Made by a program: the position numbers and the translations under genes
The notes under the pieces: generated by a model
Databases searched by the model: none
What the model was told of the DNA's origin: nothing
The model's input: only the letters and a program-made list of their open reading frames with translations
Assembly: GCA_964404545.1 (NCBI GenBank)
Contig: CAYOKN010000001.1
Location: 9,669-73,668, forward strand
Source of the DNA: an uncultured Rhodospirillaceae bacterium
GTDB lineage: Bacteria; Pseudomonadota; Alphaproteobacteria; Rhodospirillales; Magnetospirillaceae
DNA: 64,000 nucleotides
Direction of reading: 5' to 3'
In this document: positions 11,541-20,125 of the stretch, one piece after another
Layout: each line of letters starts with the position of its first letter
Numbering within the stretch: position 1 is the stretch's first letter

Positions 11541-13478
11541 TCACAGTTCAGCGACCGATGATCGCGAATGCCCGCGGCGCACCCATTCCTGAAGCATCAG
11601 CACAGCCCATAGCCCCTGCTCCAGGCCACCTTGCCCCTGGAGATGGGCCTGCCAGGCAGACCGGATGGGCGCGGCCTGCAACAGCCCCGTGGCGGCAAGA
11701 GACTGCGGACTGAGCAGGTCCTCGGCCCACGCGCGGAGCGGGCCGCGCAGCCAAGCCGCGATCGGAACCGCGAAGCCCATCTTGGGCCGGTCGATCAGGG
11801 CCATGGGAACATGGCGGGCCAGCACGTTGCGCACCAGCCACTTGCCCTGACCGTCGCGCAGCCGGAAAGATCGGGGCAGCCGCCAGGCGAACTCCGCCAC
11901 CCGATGGTCCAGGAACGGTACCCGGACCTCGAGGCTGGCCGCCATGCTCGCCCGATCAACCTTCACCAGGACGTCGTCCGGCAGGTAAAGCAGGCCGTCG
12001 CGCAGCTGCATCTGCTCGACGCCCCGCAATCCGGCGCCGATCTGCGGCATGGCAAAGGGCTGGGCGCCCTGGACCAGACGGTGGCCCTCGGGCCAGACAC
12101 TCAGGAGCCGGCGGTAAAGAGCGCCCCCGTCGCCGGCCTCGAGCAAGCCGGCCAGCTTATGGATCTTATTCCCCGCCATGCGGGGACCGTGGGCCAGATC
12201 CGCCATCCAGTCCCAAGCAGGCTCGGGCACGGCCCTCAGGAACCGGGCACCCAATCGGCGCAGCGGTGCCGGCACAGGCCCAAGGGCTCGCGAGATGCGC
12301 TCGCCCCACACATGGCGATTATACCCGGCGAACAATTCATCGCCGCCATCGCCCGACAAAGCCACGGTGACATGGGCCCGGGTCAGCCGTGACACCAGCA
12401 AGGTGGGGATCTGGGAGCTGTCCGCGAAGGGCTCGTCATAGATGCCGGCCAGGTCTGGCACCACCGCCAGGGCGTCCTGCGCAGTGACGATCAGTTCCGT
12501 GTGGTCGGTTCCGAGGTGCCGAGCCACCGCCGCCGCATGAACGGATTCGTCGAATCCGCGCTCGCGGTATCCGATGGTGAAGGTCTTGACCGGCCGGCTC
12601 GACCGGGCCTGCATCAAGGCCACCACGGTCGAGGAGTCGACGCCGCCGGACAGGAAGGCCCCCAACGGCACGTCGGAGACCATCTGGGCCGCGACACTGT
12701 CACCCAGCACGGTTTCGAGCGCATCCACCGCCGCCTGGTCGCCAAGAGCCAACGGAGCCGCCTGACCCTCGAGCGCTCGTTGCTCCAGGGACCAATGGGC
12801 CGACAGCACCGGCGCGCATCCGGCCCGTGCCGTCATCGAATGGCCGGGCGGCAGCTTCCTGGCATGGGCATACACCGTCCGCGGTGCCGGAATGAAACCC
12901 AAGGTCAAAAGGTCGCCGACGGCCTGCGGATCCAAAGCCGGCTGCCAGGACGGATGCACCCGCAGGCTTTTCAGCTCGGACCCGAACAGCAGACAGCCAT
13001 CCGCCATCACCCCATAGTAAAGCGGCTTGATTCCCAAGGGATCGCGCGCAAGGGTCAGGGTGCGCCCGGCCCGGTCCCAAACCGCCAGCGCATACATCCC
13101 TGCAAGCCTGGGCAGCACCGCGTCCACCCCGAACCGGGCGATCGCCTCGAGCACCACTTCCGTATCGCTATGGCCGCGCCAGGTGACCGGGCCCCGGCTC
13201 TCGACCCAGGACCGCACCTCGGCGAAATTATAGACCTCGCCGTTATAGGCCAGAATCCAGCGACCATCGGCCGAGGTCATGGGCTGGTGGCCGGCCGGCG
13301 ACAAATCCAGGATCGACAGACGGCGATGGGCCAGGGCCAAGCCGGCGTCCGGATCGGTCCACACGCCGCCGTCATCAGGCCCCCGATGACGAATGGTGGC
13401 GGCCATGCGGGCCGCCAGGCGCGGCATGTCGATCGGACAGCCTGCGGTCGGGGCCAGGAAGCCGGTCAGTCCGCACAT
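11541..13478 (-). CDS. Asparagine-synthetase-family amidotransferase (AsnB paralogue 2)
   Basis: Trimmed to 'MCGLTGFLAPTAG'. PP-loop 'LSGGVDSSTVV' is present. Same length (645 aa) as paralogue 1. Confidence 0.9.
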   Translation of the reverse strand: MCGLTGFLAPTAGCPIDMPRLAARMAATIRHRGPDDGGVWTDPDAGLALAHRRLSILDLSPAGHQPMTSADGRWILAYNGEVYNFAEVRSWVESRGPVTWRGHSDTEVVLEAIARFGVDAVLPRLAGMYALAVWDRAGRTLTLARDPLGIKPLYYGVMADGCLLFGSELKSLRVHPSWQPALDPQAVGDLLTLGFIPAPRTVYAHARKLPPGHSMTARAGCAPVLSAHWSLEQRALEGQAAPLALGDQAAVDALETVLGDSVAAQMVSDVPLGAFLSGGVDSSTVVALMQARSSRPVKTFTIGYRERGFDESVHAAAVARHLGTDHTELIVTAQDALAVVPDLAGIYDEPFADSSQIPTLLVSRLTRAHVTVALSGDGGDELFAGYNRHVWGERISRALGPVPAPLRRLGARFLRAVPEPAWDWMADLAHGPRMAGNKIHKLAGLLEAGDGGALYRRLLSVWPEGHRLVQGAQPFAMPQIGAGLRGVEQMQLRDGLLYLPDDVLVKVDRASMAASLEVRVPFLDHRVAEFAWRLPRSFRLRDGQGKWLVRNVLARHVPMALIDRPKMGFAVPIAAWLRGPLRAWAEDLLSPQSLAATGLLQAAPIRSAWQAHLQGQGGLEQGLWAVLMLQEWVRRGHSRSSVAEL

Positions 13479-14584
13479 GGCGGCCCTCCGGCGGCAATCT
13501 GCCACAGCCGCTCCTGGACGAGGCACACCTGGCGAGGAAAATTGGCAGCCTCCTGGACGGCCTTGCGCGCCTCGGCCCCCACCGCCGAACGGCGCTGCGG
13601 GTCAGCCAGCAAACCATCCAGTACCGGCGCCAGTCCATCGACCTCGGGCGCCACCATGACCGCATTCTCGCCATGCTTAAGAAGGGGCCGGAATTCCGGC
13701 AAGTCCGTTACCACGCACGCCACCCCGCAGGCCATGGCTTCAAGCACCGCCTGAGGAAAGCCGTCCGAGGCGGGCAGGCTTACCACCAGGTCACACGCAG
13801 CGAACAGCCGGGCCATGCCGGCCTGGGGCACGGGGGCGGTCCACCGCAGGCGGTCGGCGATACCCAAGTCAGCCGCCCGATCCAGGAGTTGCCGGCGATA
13901 GCCGGGCGCCGCGCCGAAGGTGGTGAAGACCAGATAGGCCGCGGGGTGGCGGGCGATGACCCGACCAAACGCTTCCAGGATCACATGCTGGCGGTAGAAC
14001 GGGGCAAGGATGCGTGGACTGAACACCACCACGCCGTCGGCCGGAAGGTCCCAGTCCGCCCGCTGCGCCAGACGGGCTTCGGGGTCCGGCCGGAACCGGT
14101 CAGGGTCCACGCCCCAGATGACCTCCACCACCCGCCCGGCCGGGACCCCCATGTCCAGCACCCGCTGCCGCAGCCTTGCATTCTTCACCGTCACCAGCTT
14201 GGCCCGGCGCACGGCCACACGGGTCAGGAACCGGCCGACCGGCCCCAGGCTTCCCTGCTCTTCGAACAGGATGTCTCCGCCCATGACGCTGATGGCCAAA
14301 GGCCGGCGCCCCAGAAGGGCAGCCACCCAGGTTCCGATCTCTGCAGCGTAATGGGCATGAACGGCGTCATGGCGCAGCGTCCACAGGCGCCAGGCGGTCC
14401 GCAAGGCCAAGGCCAGACGTCCGCCCCGCAACACCTCCACCGTCAGCCCATCGGCGGGCCCGAACGGCGGCGTCGGGGACAGAAGCGTCACCCCATGGCC
14501 CAAATCGGCCAAGGCCTTGGCCCGCGCCAGCACATGCGGGCTGGCCGCCGAGCCCAGGACAAGCAGGCGCATGACCGCATCCAT
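13466..14584 (-). CDS. Glycosyltransferase family 4-like
   Basis: 'MRLLVLGSAASPHVLARAKALADLGHGV' at the N-terminus, and 'SDGFPQAVLEAMACGVACVVTDLPEF' as the GT4 motif. Confidence 0.8.
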   Translation of the reverse strand: MDAVMRLLVLGSAASPHVLARAKALADLGHGVTLLSPTPPFGPADGLTVEVLRGGRLALALRTAWRLWTLRHDAVHAHYAAEIGTWVAALLGRRPLAISVMGGDILFEEQGSLGPVGRFLTRVAVRRAKLVTVKNARLRQRVLDMGVPAGRVVEVIWGVDPDRFRPDPEARLAQRADWDLPADGVVVFSPRILAPFYRQHVILEAFGRVIARHPAAYLVFTTFGAAPGYRRQLLDRAADLGIADRLRWTAPVPQAGMARLFAACDLVVSLPASDGFPQAVLEAMACGVACVVTDLPEFRPLLKHGENAVMVAPEVDGLAPVLDGLLADPQRRSAVGAEARKAVQEAANFPRQVCLVQERLWQIAAGGPPCAD

Positions 14585-14587
14585 GGG

Positions 14588-15358
14588 TCAGTCCACCTTG
14601 CGATACAGGGCGATGTGGGAATAACCCAGCCGATCCTCGATCCAGCGGTTCCCGGTCAGGCGGAAGACACTCTCCAGGAGACCATTGACCATCAGGTTCA
14701 AGGGGCTGAACGGCAAGGGCACCGCCGGCAAGGCGAAGCTGTGCCCCCGACCGGCCTGTCGCGAAAAGCCCAGTTCGGCCAGCACCGCCTCGATGTCGCC
14801 CCGGCTATGGTCGTTCTGGGTCTGGCTCACATTGTACAAGCGATAATGAGCCCGACGGAACAGGCTGTCCCGGTTCGGCCAGGACAGGATCAGATGCCCC
14901 CCGGGCCTGACGCACCGGGAAAGGGCCGCCAGAAACGGCCGCGCATCATCCACATATTGAACGACGCCCAGACAAAGGACCAGATCGAAGGGTTGCCCGG
15001 GAGTGAAATCCCGCAGATCCTGGACCTGGAAGGAAATGCCTGGATGCAGGCGCGCCGCCTGGTCAATCATACCCGGCGAGACGTCAATGCCCCACCGCTC
15101 GTCGGCGGCGATGGCAGCAATATTGTCGCCGGTCCCGCAGCCGACCTCGATCGCCCGACCCAAGCCGCCCAATCCGCTGGCCAGCCGCACGGCGATCCTG
15201 TGGCGCTTGGCGATGTCATAGACATCCATGGTGAGCGGCAGGCGAGCGCCATAATATTTCCGGCTCCACCAGCGGCTCATGGTGTCGTGCTTGCGCAGCG
15301 AAGCTCCCTCGACGGCGTCGCTTCCGGCCCCGCCGGTCTGGTCAGATCGCCCAGACAT
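14588..15358 (-). CDS. Class I SAM-dependent methyltransferase
   Basis: SAM motif I 'IEVGCGTGDNI' followed by 'FDLVLCLGVVQYVDD'. The start is uncertain: ATG at 15358 or ATG at 15280. Confidence 0.8.
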   Translation of the reverse strand: MSGRSDQTGGAGSDAVEGASLRKHDTMSRWWSRKYYGARLPLTMDVYDIAKRHRIAVRLASGLGGLGRAIEVGCGTGDNIAAIAADERWGIDVSPGMIDQAARLHPGISFQVQDLRDFTPGQPFDLVLCLGVVQYVDDARPFLAALSRCVRPGGHLILSWPNRDSLFRRAHYRLYNVSQTQNDHSRGDIEAVLAELGFSRQAGRGHSFALPAVPLPFSPLNLMVNGLLESVFRLTGNRWIEDRLGYSHIALYRKVD

Positions 15359-15779
15359 AGGGGATCGCCGGATCGGAGGGATCGAGGCGATCGGCCTCGC
15401 TGGGATCGTGGGGGATCGAGGCGCAGTTCGCCAGCAGCGCCGGCCGGCCATTCACGGCAGTGAAACCACTCCAGATCATGGGGGGCACGGTGACAAGCCG
15501 GTGGTCCGAGCCGATGCGGATTTCCTGGATCATCCCCTGCGACGGACTGGCCGGGCGATCGTCATAAAGGACCACCAGGGCATCCCCCTGCGGACAGGCG
15601 AGATTCAAGGTCATCCGGTGATGCCGCTTCCAGGCCTTGATCTGCCCCGGATTGACCGACGAGAAATAGATCTCCCCGAATCCGACAAAATGGGCTTCGG
15701 CACTACTGAGCATGGACTTTACCCAGCCGCGTTCATCGGCGATGACCCGCAAGGGCGTGATGAGAACATCCTTGATCAC
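15342..15779 (-). CDS. Short RmlC-like cupin, putative NDP-4-keto-6-deoxyhexose epimerase
   Basis: 145 aa. 'ITPLRVIADERGWVKSML...FGEIYFSSVNPGQIKAWKRHHRMT' resembles the RmlC/WbuC cupin core. It lies directly downstream of the rfbF-rfbG-SDR genes. Confidence 0.6.
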   Translation of the reverse strand: MIKDVLITPLRVIADERGWVKSMLSSAEAHFVGFGEIYFSSVNPGQIKAWKRHHRMTLNLACPQGDALVVLYDDRPASPSQGMIQEIRIGSDHRLVTVPPMIWSGFTAVNGRPALLANCASIPHDPSEADRLDPSDPAIPYVWAI

Positions 15780-15833
15780 GGCAAACTCCGATCCCCGTAC
15801 CAGACGGGATAAGAGGGCCGCAGCCCGGTTCTG

Positions 15834-16790
15834 TCAAGCATCGCCCGGCCGTGCCTGGCCCAGCAAATCCGTCCGGATCGCCTCGTCCAGGGGCCGGGGG
15901 CAAAACCCCAGCATGGTGGCGGCCTTGCCCATGGAACCATAAGCCACCGCCGGCTCCCCCGGGCGCATGGGCAGGGCGCCAAAATGGAGCAGGTCCTGGC
16001 TCGCCCCCATTTCCCGGGCAACCTGGATCAGCAACTCGCGCAGAGCGACCGCCTGCCCCGAACAGAGATTGAAGATGTCGAAAGTGGCGCGCGGCAGATC
16101 GTCGGCAAGCGCGAGATAACCGGCGCAGAGATCGGCGATTCCGAGGAAATCCCGCCGCTGCTGGCCAGAAGAAAGATCAACCGGCTGGCCCACCCGCAAG
16201 CGGGCGACCACCTGTGACAGCAGCTTGGCGGGATTGTCCAGCGACCCGAACGGGATGAACAGGCGGGCCACGCGCGTGGGCACCTCGGTCTCCAGCGCAA
16301 GCTGCCGTGCCCGCAAGCTTTCCGCAAGCTTGGACAAGCCATAGGGGGTGTCGGGCACACAGGCATCGTCCTCGCGGCACGCGGCATCGGAAGCGGAATA
16401 TTCCATTCCCGAGCCGGTGACGATGACACCGCAGCCGGTCCCGCGCAGCGCCGCGAAAAGCGGATCCAATGGCATCACATTGACGGCCAGCGAGCCAGCA
16501 AGGTCATAGCCGGGCGACGCATAGTCGGTGGCATGGCCCGCATGATGGACCCAGAGGGCCGGGGCGGTCTGCCCCACCAGTGCGGCCACCGAACGGGGCT
16601 GACGCAGGTCCAGGCGCGCCAGCGTCACCCCCCCGGACAGGGAGTCCAGACGATCGGCGGCAATTCCGGCATAGTCCGCCAACGGCCGGCTATGGGTCGC
16701 GGTCACCCGCCAGCCTGCGGCTGCGAATGCCCGGGCCAGGTGGCACCCCACGAAACTGGTGGCCCCGGTGACCACCACCGCCCTTGCCAT
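15834..16790 (-). CDS. NAD-dependent epimerase/dehydratase (extended SDR), probable NDP-4-ketohexose reductase/epimerase
   Basis: Trimmed to 'MARAVVVTGATSFVGCHLARAF' (Rossmann motif). 'YGLSKLAES' provides YxxxK. 1-nt overlap with the rfbG stop at 16790. Confidence 0.85.
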   Translation of the reverse strand: MARAVVVTGATSFVGCHLARAFAAAGWRVTATHSRPLADYAGIAADRLDSLSGGVTLARLDLRQPRSVAALVGQTAPALWVHHAGHATDYASPGYDLAGSLAVNVMPLDPLFAALRGTGCGVIVTGSGMEYSASDAACREDDACVPDTPYGLSKLAESLRARQLALETEVPTRVARLFIPFGSLDNPAKLLSQVVARLRVGQPVDLSSGQQRRDFLGIADLCAGYLALADDLPRATFDIFNLCSGQAVALRELLIQVAREMGASQDLLHFGALPMRPGEPAVAYGSMGKAATMLGFCPRPLDEAIRTDLLGQARPGDA

Positions 16791-17857
16791 CAGGACCCCA
16801 CGTAATCGGCGATCTGCTCGGACGTCACCGCCATGGGGCACTCGCCGTCCGACACCCGCTTGTACCAGAGCACGGTCTTGGCCACCGCGTGGTCGAAGTC
16901 CCAGCGGGCCCCCCATCCCAACAGCGTCTTGGCCTTGTCATTGTTCAGCATGAGGAGGCGGGCCTCATGGGGTGCATTGGGATCGCGCTCGACCTCCAGG
17001 CTGCCGCTCCCCCAGACCTCCAGCGCCCGCTCGGCCAACTCTTGGACCGTCCTGACATTTTCCGGATCAGGCCCGAAATTCCAAGCAGACCGGACCTCGG
17101 GGTCACCGCCCAGCAGGCGCGCGGCCAAGGTCAGATACCCGGACAAAGGCTCGAGCACATGCTGCCACGGCCGGGTCGAATCCGGGCTGCGCAGGTGGAG
17201 CGGCCGGCCCGCCTGCAGGGAGCGGATGCAATCAGGAACGATACGATCGGCGGAAAAATCTCCGCCGCCGATCACATTGCCGGCACGGGTACTGGCCGCC
17301 CCGAAGCCAGGGCGGCGCAGCAGGAACGAGTCCTGATAGGCGGCGAACACCAGCTCGGCTCCCGCCTTGGAGGCGGAATAGGGATCGGCGCCGCCCAGCT
17401 CGTCGTTCTCGCGATAGCCCCAGGCCCATTCCTTGTTGCGATAGCATTTGTCGGACGTGATGAACACCAGGGCCCGCACCTGAGGCTGTTCGCGCACCGC
17501 TTCCAGCAGATTGACCGCGCCGCCGATATTGGTGTCGAACGTGGTCTTGGGATCGGCATAGGAACGGCGCACCAGGGCCTGGGCCGCCAGATGGATGATC
17601 AGGTCCGGCGCGGACGCCGTCACGGCGGCCCGCATGCTGTCCAGGTCCCGAATGTCGCCATCATGCTGGACAATGCGATCGCGCAGCCGCAACTGATCGA
17701 ACAGAGGCGCGTCCTCGGCCGGTGGCAGGGCGAAACCGTGGACGGTCGCGCCCAGGTCCGTCAGCCAATGACACAGCCAACTCCCCTTGAACCCCGTTGA
17801 GCCGGTGACCAGGATGCGCCGGCCCCGCAACTCGGCGAGGGCTTTCTGAAAGCTCAT
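16790..17857 (-). CDS. rfbG: CDP-glucose 4,6-dehydratase
   Basis: 'GRRILVTGSTGFKGSWLCHWLTDLGATVHGFAL' and 'YSASKAGAELVFAAY' are hallmark RfbG strings. Confidence 0.92.
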   Translation of the reverse strand: MSFQKALAELRGRRILVTGSTGFKGSWLCHWLTDLGATVHGFALPPAEDAPLFDQLRLRDRIVQHDGDIRDLDSMRAAVTASAPDLIIHLAAQALVRRSYADPKTTFDTNIGGAVNLLEAVREQPQVRALVFITSDKCYRNKEWAWGYRENDELGGADPYSASKAGAELVFAAYQDSFLLRRPGFGAASTRAGNVIGGGDFSADRIVPDCIRSLQAGRPLHLRSPDSTRPWQHVLEPLSGYLTLAARLLGGDPEVRSAWNFGPDPENVRTVQELAERALEVWGSGSLEVERDPNAPHEARLLMLNNDKAKTLLGWGARWDFDHAVAKTVLWYKRVSDGECPMAVTSEQIADYVGS

Positions 17858-17870
17858 GACCGGTGGTTCC

Positions 17871-18659
17871 TCAACTGCTCGGCGCCCACGGCGCCCGATT
17901 CTGAGCCCACAAGTCGTTCAGCAGGGCATAGTCCCGATAGGTGTCCATGCATTGCCAGAATCCATCATGGGGATACATCATCATGCGCCCTTCGGCGGCA
18001 ATCCGCCGCATGGGCTCGGTTTCCAAAGTCACATCGTCCCGATTGCCGGGAAGATAGTCGAACAGAGCCCGGTCACAGATAAAGTAGCCGCCACTGATGC
18101 GGCCACCCGTGGCATTGGGCTTTTCGTTGAATTCGGTGATGCGGCCATCACCCCTGCAATCCAGTTCGCCAAAGCGTCCCGGCGGGCGGACTCCGCTGAC
18201 GGTCATGACCGGCCTGTGCGTGCCATGGAACGTCTCGAGCGCCGCAAGGTCAATGTCGGCCACGCCGTCGCCATAGGTCAGCATGAAGCTGTCGTCATCG
18301 CCGACATAAGGCTCGATCCGCTTGACCCGGGAGCCGGTCAAGGCCTCCTCGCCGGTCTCCACGAGGGTGACGCGCCAGTCGATCTCGCGGTCCATCCCGT
18401 GGAAGGTCAATTCCCTACCCTTGGCGAAATCGATGGTGAAGTCCGCGACCCGGGTCCGATAGTTCAAGAAGAACGACTTGATGACGTCGCTCTTGTACCC
18501 CAGGCAAAGAATGAAGTCCTTGTGCCCGGCTGCGGCATAGGTCCGCATGATGTGCCAGAGGATGGGATAGGGACCGATCGGAATCATGGGCTTCGGCAGG
18601 TCGTCCGCCACCCCGCGGATGCGGGTGCCCTTGCCGCCGCATAGGATCACTACTTTCAT
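17871..18659 (-). CDS. rfbF: Glucose-1-phosphate cytidylyltransferase
   Basis: 'MKVVILCGGKGTRIRGVADDLPKPMIPIGPYPILWHIMRTYAAAGHKDFILCLGYK' is the canonical RfbF N-terminus. Confidence 0.93.
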   Translation of the reverse strand: MKVVILCGGKGTRIRGVADDLPKPMIPIGPYPILWHIMRTYAAAGHKDFILCLGYKSDVIKSFFLNYRTRVADFTIDFAKGRELTFHGMDREIDWRVTLVETGEEALTGSRVKRIEPYVGDDDSFMLTYGDGVADIDLAALETFHGTHRPVMTVSGVRPPGRFGELDCRGDGRITEFNEKPNATGGRISGGYFICDRALFDYLPGNRDDVTLETEPMRRIAAEGRMMMYPHDGFWQCMDTYRDYALLNDLWAQNRAPWAPSS

Positions 18660-18679
18660 GCTTTCCCCCTGGCCCGGCC

Positions 18680-20125
18680 CTAGCCGGCAAGCTTTCTGGC
18701 GACCAGCGTTTCCAGCCCGGAATACTGGCGGGTGGCCTCAATCTCGGTGCTGGTGAACGAAATGCCCAGCTCCTGCTCGACCTCGAGAATCACCTTGATA
18801 TGCCGCAGACTGTCCCACCCGGCCGTCGAGCCGAGCCCGGCAGAGGCAAGATCCTGTGGCGGGACCGGCCCGATGACCCGGCGCACGGCATCCGCAAGGC
18901 GGCTGCGCCAGGCCTCCGCCGGATCGGCAGCGAACGACGGGGCGGCACCGGAGCCGGCCTGTGGCGCGGCGGGCGCAGCCTCGGGCCGGGATCGGGATAT
19001 CCCATGGAAGCCGAACCGCATTTTTTCCGGCGCCCGCCCGGCCTCCACCATCACCACGCCGCCCTCGTCCAGATGCAGGTCCGCCAGTTCGGCCACTTCC
19101 TCGGGCAGCAGGCACCCCTGACCGGCCGGCCGCACTTCCCGAGAAAAGGCTGTTTCCACGAAACCGGGCGCGATCGTCAGCCCATGGATGCCATGGCCGG
19201 CATGGGCCCGGTCGAGACCGGCCACCAGATTAGTGGCGGCTGCCTTGACGGCCACATAGTCCGCCCAGCCCTCGGGCTGGCTGTCCACCGCCGTGGAACC
19301 GATCAGAATGATACTGCCTTGCTGGCGGGCCAACATCCCGGGCATCGCGGCCTTCACCATCTGGCCGAGCGCCTGGTAAGCCACAGCCATCTGCACGCCA
19401 AGCGGCGCACCAAGCGGCGCGGCGGCGGCATGCACCAGGATGTCGGGCCGCCGCTCGACGATGGCCCGCGTCACGGCCTCGCGGCCGGAGTCCTCGGCCA
19501 GATCAGCGGCGACCAGATCCCCTCCGGCGTCCCGGACCAGGTCGGCCAGCGGCTGCGGCGCCACCCCGCGATGCGGCAGGATGAGGCTGATCCCCTTGCG
19601 GGCGAGACGGCGCGCAATGGCGCCGCCGATGGCGCCGGTCGCCCCGGTGACCAGGGCGACCCGCCGATCCGTGCGCCGGATGGGAAAGGTCTCCGGCTGG
19701 GCCGGCCATTCGGCATCGCGGGCCTGAACCGTCATCCGCGCCTCGACCACCACTTCGGCCCCGCGAAGGACCAGAACGGACAGGGTCAGGACGCGGTTCG
19801 CCGCACTGATGGCCGAGATGCGTGCGGAATAGACCAGCGTCTCGCCGAAAAACACCGGCCGCACGGCGGTCAGCTCGTGCCCCAGATACAGCGATGGCAA
19901 GCCCGGCAGCATCATGCCGGCGATGGCCGAAAATGGCGCGACCGTCATATGCAGGGGCACGATCGGCTGACCGAAGGGCGTGTCGGCGGCATAGGCCGGA
20001 TCGTGATGCAACCGGTTGGAATCGCCACTGAGAGCCCGGAAGCCCTCGAAATCCGACTGGGCGAAGGTCCGCTCGAAGACCACGTGGTCCCCAAGCCGGA
20101 AATCGGAGAAACGAACGATGGTCAT
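18680..20125 (-). CDS. Tri-domain protein: MaoC-like (R)-hydratase/dehydratase hotdog + short-chain dehydrogenase/reductase + acyl carrier protein
   Basis: Trimmed to 'MTIVRFSDFRLGDHVVFERTF' (hotdog N-terminus). 'VALVTGATGAIGGAIARRL' is the SDR Rossmann motif. The C-terminal 'GSTAGWDSLRHIKVILEVEQELGISF' carries the carrier-protein DSL serine (codon 18809-18811). ATGA overlap with the upstream gene at 20122-20125. Confidence 0.8.
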   Translation of the reverse strand: MTIVRFSDFRLGDHVVFERTFAQSDFEGFRALSGDSNRLHHDPAYAADTPFGQPIVPLHMTVAPFSAIAGMMLPGLPSLYLGHELTAVRPVFFGETLVYSARISAISAANRVLTLSVLVLRGAEVVVEARMTVQARDAEWPAQPETFPIRRTDRRVALVTGATGAIGGAIARRLARKGISLILPHRGVAPQPLADLVRDAGGDLVAADLAEDSGREAVTRAIVERRPDILVHAAAAPLGAPLGVQMAVAYQALGQMVKAAMPGMLARQQGSIILIGSTAVDSQPEGWADYVAVKAAATNLVAGLDRAHAGHGIHGLTIAPGFVETAFSREVRPAGQGCLLPEEVAELADLHLDEGGVVMVEAGRAPEKMRFGFHGISRSRPEAAPAAPQAGSGAAPSFAADPAEAWRSRLADAVRRVIGPVPPQDLASAGLGSTAGWDSLRHIKVILEVEQELGISFTSTEIEATRQYSGLETLVARKLAG

